From NCBI GenBank assembly GCA_044345405.1, contig JBIJBE010000023.1:1-54731 (forward strand): DNA of 54,731 nt, given 5' to 3'. The stretch is from Bdellovibrionota bacterium. GTDB taxonomy: Bacteria > Bdellovibrionota_C > UBA2361 > OMII01. The translations under genes were made by a program, and so were the position numbers. Positions 49,492 to 54,731 of the stretch are shown piece after piece; the stretch's first letter is position 1; each line of letters opens with the position of its first letter. Under the pieces are notes generated by a model. That model did not search any database. It was given only the letters and a program-made list of their open reading frames with translations, and was not told the DNA's origin.

Positions 49492-51618
49492 TTACATCAT
49501 CATCTCGATGCTGTGCTTCGACTTAAGCGTATCAAGCAGGGTTGTCATCGCCGCGTCGACCTCTTCGTGCTTCAAGGTGCGATCGGCGCGTTGGAAGGTC
49601 ACGCGATAGGTCACACGTCGGAAGCTCTCCTCCTGCTTGCGGAAGTCATCGATGATCGACGCCTCCGTCACAGACTCAAGATTGAGCTCATGGAGGATGC
49701 GAAGCACACGTCCGGCCTGCTCTTTGAGATCGATCTTGAGGGTGAGATCTCGCGAGATAGGAGGAAGGTCGCTCACCGCTGGAGCCTCAACCTTCGACAT
49801 CAACCTATACACAAGCCGTAGATCGAACTCCGCGTAGAACGCCTCTTCTTTGAGATCGCACGCCTCTCGAATCGTTGGGTGAACGACACCAAAGAATCCC
49901 ACAACCGATCGCCCCATCTTGATCGATGCCTGCATACCGGGGTGCAAGAATTTGTTCTCGCTCTTTCCAACCGAGAACTCACATCCAAGACTCTTCACGA
50001 TCGCGGCGATCGCGCCTTTGAACAAACGAGCGTACTCCTCAAGGGATTCACCCTTACGCCACTCCACATCGGCCCATCGTCCAGCAGACGCGAGGCACAG
50101 GACATCGCGCTCGTAGTTGTAGTCGAGCGCGTCACGCTCCTTTGGCTCGTCGGATGGCAACTCCGCTGGCTTAGAGAAGAGTCGACAGAATTCAAACACC
50201 TTCGGAGCCCGCACGCCACGCTTGCGATTGAGCGCGAGAAGCTTCGTCGTGTGAAGGATATTGGTAACCTTCATGTGCGAGTTGCTCTGCTCAAGAGAGT
50301 TCTTGAGCGCGACGTGTTGCGAGCTCACGCCACGGTGGAGGCTCTCAAGGAGCGCCACATCAGCGGCGGAGTAGAATCCCTTGGTGATAACCTCGAAGAA
50401 TCCATTTCCCAACACAGCCGAGCGAACACGGTGAAAGACCGTCTCGATCGGGTTCTTCGCCGGAGCTTCGTAATCAAGGGCGGGAAGCTCAGGACGCATG
50501 CGGTTCAGGCTCACCGATCGAGCGACATCCTCAACGATATCCTCACGGTTGCGGCAATCCCAGAGACGCCACGATGGGACGGTTAGCGAGAAGTCGCGAT
50601 CTTTTCCGACCGTCGTAGCCTCAACTGAGTACCCGAGGTGCTTTAAGCGAGCGACTATCTCAACTTCCTCAAGGCGAGGCATGTTGAGCTCTCGCCGGAG
50701 GTTATTGAGCGTAGCGTTAACCTTTCGCTTCTCTGGAGCGTTTGCCTCAAGGTAGGTTAATCCCAATGTGTGAGCGGACTCAGCCCCAGGGATTGAGCCA
50801 GCTGAACCTTCAGCCAACGTCACAAGACGCTTGAGCGCGGTTTGAATTCCCTCTGGATCAACACCACGCTCAAAGGCGTGTGAGGCTTCCGTGCCGATCC
50901 CCATCCCGCGCGCCGTAATACGAACGGATGTCGGATCGAAAACAGCGGCCTCAACGTACACCTTACGGGTCGACGCGGTAACCATACTGTTCGAACATCC
51001 GATAACACCGGCGACGGCGATGATCTTCTTTCTATCGCGAATAAGGATCGACCCTTCCGGAACCTTATACGTTTTTCCATCAAGGGCCTCGATCTCCTCA
51101 ACCTTCGTAGAGAGATCAATAATGATCTCGCCATCGATCTTATCAGCGTCGAAGGCGTGCATCGGTTGACCGAACTCCATCTGGGTGTAGTTCAAGATAT
51201 CAACGATAGCGTGATGCTTTCCTGGCTCCTCAACAAAGGCGGCGACATCGTTACGAAGCGGCATCTCCGCGGGAAGGCTCATCTCAAGCAACGCGTATCG
51301 TGGGCACTTCTCTGTGATTCGTCGAACTGGAATGGAAGCCTTTCGATCGCTCAACTTCGCGGCCAAGGTTGGCAACTTAAACTGCGCGAGGGTTCTCGCC
51401 GCGAGCTCGCGCGCGACCCCTAACACGTAGAGGTGGTCGCCTCGGTTAGCCAAGGTCTCAATCGTAAAGACCACACCCTTTTCAGGGGTAACCTCCACCG
51501 ACTTCACCTCAAGGCCGATATCATCGAGGGTATGACGTAATTGCGAGCGAGCGGCCGTTTCAGGCGCGCACTCAGGGATCTCCATCCACTTCTCAAGCAA
51601 ACGAACGTGCAACTTCAT
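49492..51618 (-). CDS. pheT: Phenylalanyl-tRNA synthetase beta subunit (short form lacking the B2 OB fold)
   Basis: GLEV, NRGD....GVARE, GQPMHAFD, FERGVD, VPSWR..D....DIVEDVAR, C-terminal PPISRDL...DRTL..EEV. Confidence 0.93.
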   Translation of the reverse strand: MKLHVRLLEKWMEIPECAPETAARSQLRHTLDDIGLEVKSVEVTPEKGVVFTIETLANRGDHLYVLGVARELAARTLAQFKLPTLAAKLSDRKASIPVRRITEKCPRYALLEMSLPAEMPLRNDVAAFVEEPGKHHAIVDILNYTQMEFGQPMHAFDADKIDGEIIIDLSTKVEEIEALDGKTYKVPEGSILIRDRKKIIAVAGVIGCSNSMVTASTRKVYVEAAVFDPTSVRITARGMGIGTEASHAFERGVDPEGIQTALKRLVTLAEGSAGSIPGAESAHTLGLTYLEANAPEKRKVNATLNNLRRELNMPRLEEVEIVARLKHLGYSVEATTVGKDRDFSLTVPSWRLWDCRNREDIVEDVARSVSLNRMRPELPALDYEAPAKNPIETVFHRVRSAVLGNGFFEVITKGFYSAADVALLESLHRGVSSQHVALKNSLEQSNSHMKVTNILHTTKLLALNRKRGVRAPKVFEFCRLFSKPAELPSDEPKERDALDYNYERDVLCLASAGRWADVEWRKGESLEEYARLFKGAIAAIVKSLGCEFSVGKSENKFLHPGMQASIKMGRSVVGFFGVVHPTIREACDLKEEAFYAEFDLRLVYRLMSKVEAPAVSDLPPISRDLTLKIDLKEQAGRVLRILHELNLESVTEASIIDDFRKQEESFRRVTYRVTFQRADRTLKHEEVDAAMTTLLDTLKSKHSIEMMM

Positions 51619-52670
51619 ACGATCTCCTTGAGAACGCGTAGGTCATTTTCATAAACGGAACGCAGGTGTGGGAAGTTGTAGAGCTGCCCCGCAAGTCGCG
51701 ACGTCCCCAAACCGAAGGCGAATCCAGAGACCTTGTCTGGATCAAACTTAAATTCCCGCAAGACGTTGCGGTGAATCATTCCAGCACCTCCAACGGTTAC
51801 CCACCCAGCGCCGCCGCACGCGCCGCATCCATCTCCCTTGCACACCGAGCAATCGATCTGAGGGCCGATACTTGGCTCGGTGTATGGGTAGAACTTCGGA
51901 ACGAAACGCACCTTACGGCGTTTACCATAGAGCTCCTTCAAGATGTGGGTGATGAGTCCTGTAAGGTGCGAGAGGGTCAGCCCCTCCTCCACCCACACGA
52001 GCTCATACTGATGGAACATCGATTGATGGGAAGCGTCCTCAGTCTCATTTCGATACACCCGCCCGAGCGAGGCGATCTTGAGTGGCAACTTACCGTTCTC
52101 GAAGAGCGATCGTTGCTGCAACATGCGTGCCTGCACCGAGGTTGTGTGTGTCCGGAGCACGTGGCCCGTCTCGGTGTAGAAGGTGTCCTGCATATCCCGC
52201 GCGGGGTGGTGCTTCGGAATGTTGAGGGAATCGAAGCAATAGTAGTCGGTCTCGATCTCTGGACCCATCACGTTTTCGAACCCGAAGGGACGCAAAATCT
52301 CGGTGATACGCTCCTCAACGATGGTGACGGGGTGAACGGCGCCCAACCCTGAACCCGCCTCTGGAAGCGAGAGGTCGAGGGACTGCTCCTCAAGCTGTTT
52401 TTGAAGTGCCTTCGTTTTGAAGCTTTGCTCCTTCGCGTCCAGCTCGGACTCAACCATCTCTTTCAGCTGATTGAGGAGCTGCGCGATAGCGGGTTTCTCG
52501 TCAGCAGGCACATCCCGAAGCTTCTTAAAGAGCTCCTTCACGGCCCCCTCTTTACCCACGAGATCGCGACGGAGCAAATCGACATCCTCGGGGCGCTGAA
52601 TCTCCCCGAGCTGGCGCTGAAAGCGCTCGGTAAGCTCGGCGATGTGTGCTTGCGACAGTTCAGTACTCAT
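51615..52670 (-). CDS. pheS: Phenylalanyl-tRNA synthetase alpha subunit
   Basis: HPV, GPEIETDYYCFDSLNIP..HPARDMQDTFY, LRTHT, GRVYR, MFHQ.E, PYTEPS, C4 insert, GFAFGLG. Confidence 0.95.
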   Translation of the reverse strand: MSTELSQAHIAELTERFQRQLGEIQRPEDVDLLRRDLVGKEGAVKELFKKLRDVPADEKPAIAQLLNQLKEMVESELDAKEQSFKTKALQKQLEEQSLDLSLPEAGSGLGAVHPVTIVEERITEILRPFGFENVMGPEIETDYYCFDSLNIPKHHPARDMQDTFYTETGHVLRTHTTSVQARMLQQRSLFENGKLPLKIASLGRVYRNETEDASHQSMFHQYELVWVEEGLTLSHLTGLITHILKELYGKRRKVRFVPKFYPYTEPSIGPQIDCSVCKGDGCGACGGAGWVTVGGAGMIHRNVLREFKFDPDKVSGFAFGLGTSRLAGQLYNFPHLRSVYENDLRVLKEIV

Positions 52671-52845
52671 CAAACATTCCTTACGTGGAGGAGGCCCCCA
52701 CAACAACGTGGTAACTGAAGAATTTAGGCTAAACGGAGGAACCGGTAAAGCGTTCTAAACACCGGAAAGATTGCAAGTCTATGCGCTCCAGGGTACAAGC
52801 CTTTGAGCGGTTTTTTTGGACGATTCCGCACTGATGTGAGCGCGC

Positions 52846-54036
52846 ATGACACCCCCTCAGACCCCTCCCAAATTCGCGGTATTTCTCATCGTGCTTCTCG
52901 ACGTCATGGGTTTGGGGCTTATCATCCCCGCTCAACCCTTCCTCGCGAGGCACTTTGGAGCCGAGCCAAGCACGATAACCCTCGTGGGCACTACCTACGC
53001 CCTCATGCAGTTCGTTCTCGCGCCGGTATGGGGCGCCCTTTCGGATAAATACGGACGTAAACCGATCCTTCTCACAACCCTCTGCATGACGAGCCTGGGG
53101 CACCTCGCTTTCGCGTCAGCGACATCCCTCTTTGGACTCTTCGTCGCTCGGGCCCTCGCTGGAGCGGGAGCCGCGAATATCTCAACAGCGCAAGCGGTGC
53201 TTTCTGATACACACGCTCCTCAGGAGCGGAGTCGGGCGATGGCGATTATCGGCGCCGCGTTCGGCATGGGATTCGTGTTCGGTCCAGCCCTTGGTGGAAT
53301 GCTCTTTAAGATACAACCGTGGGCACCAGCGGTGTTCGCCGCGAGCCTCGCGGTGTTTAATATTCTCTTCGTGCTCCTGCGGGTTCCAGAAACCCGCGAT
53401 ACGTCAGCTATGAGCGAACACACTCGCTCAAAGATAGTCGATTTCTTTAAAACCGATAAGGCGATTCGCCCATTGGTATTCACAACGTTCCTCAGCATGA
53501 CAGCGTTCGCGCTCATGGAGCAAACCGTTGGACTTTACATTGAAAGCGTATGGGTTCAGGCGTCAGGAAATGAGGGAATGAAGGAGGCCACCTCGCTTAC
53601 GGCGATCTTTCTCGTGATGGTTGGGTTGTCCGCAATCGCGGTGCAGGGTTATTTCGTGAGAAAATGGCTCAAAACAAGAGCGGAAATCACCTTATGCCGT
53701 GTCGGGCTCGTCACGATCGCGGCGAGCTTACTCCTCATCCCTATTCTCGGTTCTATCGGATCGTTCCCTCTCTTCCTTTTGACGGCGGTCGTGCTCGCCT
53801 TTGGATCAGGAATGTTCAATCCCTCCATGGCGGGGCTCGTCTCGCTGGCGTGCCCCGATGATAAACAGGGGCTCGGCCTCGCGCTCAACCAATCGAGCCA
53901 AGCACTCGGCCGAATCGTGGGACCAACCGCGGCGGGGGCGCTCTTCGCTGCCGCGACCCCGGCGCCGTTCGTCGCAGGAACGGTACTCACCGGGATCGCG
54001 TTGCTCTTGCTTCGACCTATAAAGGCGACGCGCTAA
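52846..54036 (+). CDS. MFS transporter, TetA/DHA1-like
   Basis: LDVMGLGLIIP, YALMQF, motif A GALSDKYGRKP, motif C GFVFGPALGG. Confidence 0.9.
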   Translation: MTPPQTPPKFAVFLIVLLDVMGLGLIIPAQPFLARHFGAEPSTITLVGTTYALMQFVLAPVWGALSDKYGRKPILLTTLCMTSLGHLAFASATSLFGLFVARALAGAGAANISTAQAVLSDTHAPQERSRAMAIIGAAFGMGFVFGPALGGMLFKIQPWAPAVFAASLAVFNILFVLLRVPETRDTSAMSEHTRSKIVDFFKTDKAIRPLVFTTFLSMTAFALMEQTVGLYIESVWVQASGNEGMKEATSLTAIFLVMVGLSAIAVQGYFVRKWLKTRAEITLCRVGLVTIAASLLLIPILGSIGSFPLFLLTAVVLAFGSGMFNPSMAGLVSLACPDDKQGLGLALNQSSQALGRIVGPTAAGALFAAATPAPFVAGTVLTGIALLLLRPIKATR

Positions 54037-54229
54037 GCCCATCATCTGAGGAGCCACGACGGTCCTCTGGCTTGTCGAGGAGCGATAGAAAGAGGCGTAG
54101 CTTCACCTCCTCAATCGCGATGTGCGCGCTCGACTTTCCGCGCTCCTCCTGGAGCCGCTCATAGTAGCCTTGCATCATGGAGCGGTATCGCTCCCCCATC
54201 TCGTGCTCGTATGTCTCTGTATCGTTCAT
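54017..54229 (-). CDS. Small hypothetical protein
   Basis: AAGGAG RBS before ATG 54229; 70 aa, charged helical. Confidence 0.55.
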   Translation of the reverse strand: MNDTETYEHEMGERYRSMMQGYYERLQEERGKSSAHIAIEEVKLRLFLSLLDKPEDRRGSSDDGLSASPL

Positions 54230-54362
54230 AAGTGGGCTCCTTTAGTTTAAGCAACCTAAAGTAAGGATGAGCTTGGGGGTATGAGGATGGTTAGTGTGCG
54301 CGTGTGTGTGGTGGGGGGCGTGCGAGGATTGCCATTCGCAGCTTCGCGGTGACCAGCCCGTC

Positions 54363-54731
54363 CCGAGCAAAGTCGGGGGAGGAATGCTCGGCCTCCCGTT
54401 GTGCGAGCCCGCGATCCGGGAGGGCGGTCATTCTTGACCGCCGTGTGGGTGCGAAAGGCGAAGAACCTTAGGGATACGCAACATTTCGGCGAGCAGGAAT
54501 GCTCGCCCTCCGGTTGTGCGAGCCCGCGATCTGGGAGGGCGGTCATTCCTGACCGCCGCGTGGTTGCGAAAGGCGAAGACCTCAGGGATACGCAACATTT
54601 CGGCGAGCAGGAATGCTCGCCCTCCGGTTGTGCGAGCCCGTGATCCCGGAGGGCGGTCATTCCTGACCGCCGCGTTACGAGGGGCGAATGTCTTTTGTGA
54701 TATGCGACATTTCGGCGAGCAGGAATGCTCG
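54363..54731. repeat. Tandem REP array (BIME-like), ~114-bp unit with two oppositely oriented REPs, runs off the window edge
   Basis: + REPs at 54419, 54534, 54648 (GGAG-GGCGGTCA-TTCY-TGACCGCC); - REPs at 54488, 54602, 54714 (GGAG-GGCGAGCA-TTCC-TGCTCGCC); degenerate copy at ~54363-54396. Confidence 0.92.

Noticed and set aside
52846-54036. Tetracycline resistance gene
   Set aside because: Generic DHA1-type MFS motifs only; no tetR or mobile context, and substrate cannot be inferred.
54256-54660. ORFs with repeated peptides (54256-54660, 54401-54643)
   Set aside because: Translations of the REP array, whose ~114-bp period happens to preserve frame.
54363-54731. CRISPR array
   Set aside because: Repeats alternate in orientation, spacers are themselves repeated, no cas genes are present, and the same hairpin occurs as dispersed doublets.
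1-54731. tRNA, rRNA, prophage, integron or reverse transcriptase
   Set aside because: No cloverleaf or T-arm signatures, rRNA-like tracts, phage genes, integrase or RT motifs were recognised by eye; tRNAscan/Infernal were not run.

Overview
Chromosomal DNA from a Gram-negative, flagellated, probably deltaproteobacteria/Bdellovibrionota-like organism (lineage inferred from gene content only). Housekeeping genes include psd, a SerA-like dehydrogenase, a large NAD-glutamate dehydrogenase, proC, yggX, yaeQ, acyP, pheS-pheT, tonB, an ECF sigma factor, a rhomboid protease and an MFS transporter. Accessory modules are: (1) a complete olefin/beta-lactone cluster oleA-oleBC(fused)-oleD; (2) a fliS-headed probable flagellin glycosylation island with large fusion glycosyltransferases, plus a separate 149-aa protein that looks like only the C-terminal D0 segment of a flagellin; (3) a damaged chemotaxis block (truncated cheB, cheY, cheZ); (4) several orphan secreted or effector-like proteins. 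The strongest signal missing from the ORF track is a family of 24-nt GGAG-headed REP hairpins with compensatory stem changes. They occur as two inverted doublets (REPINs), one decayed singlet and a ~114-bp-period tandem array at the right edge. A HUH/Y1 (RAYT-like) transposase is cut off at the left edge. No rRNA, tRNA or true CRISPR array was seen. All protein calls come from motif recognition by eye; no searches were run.
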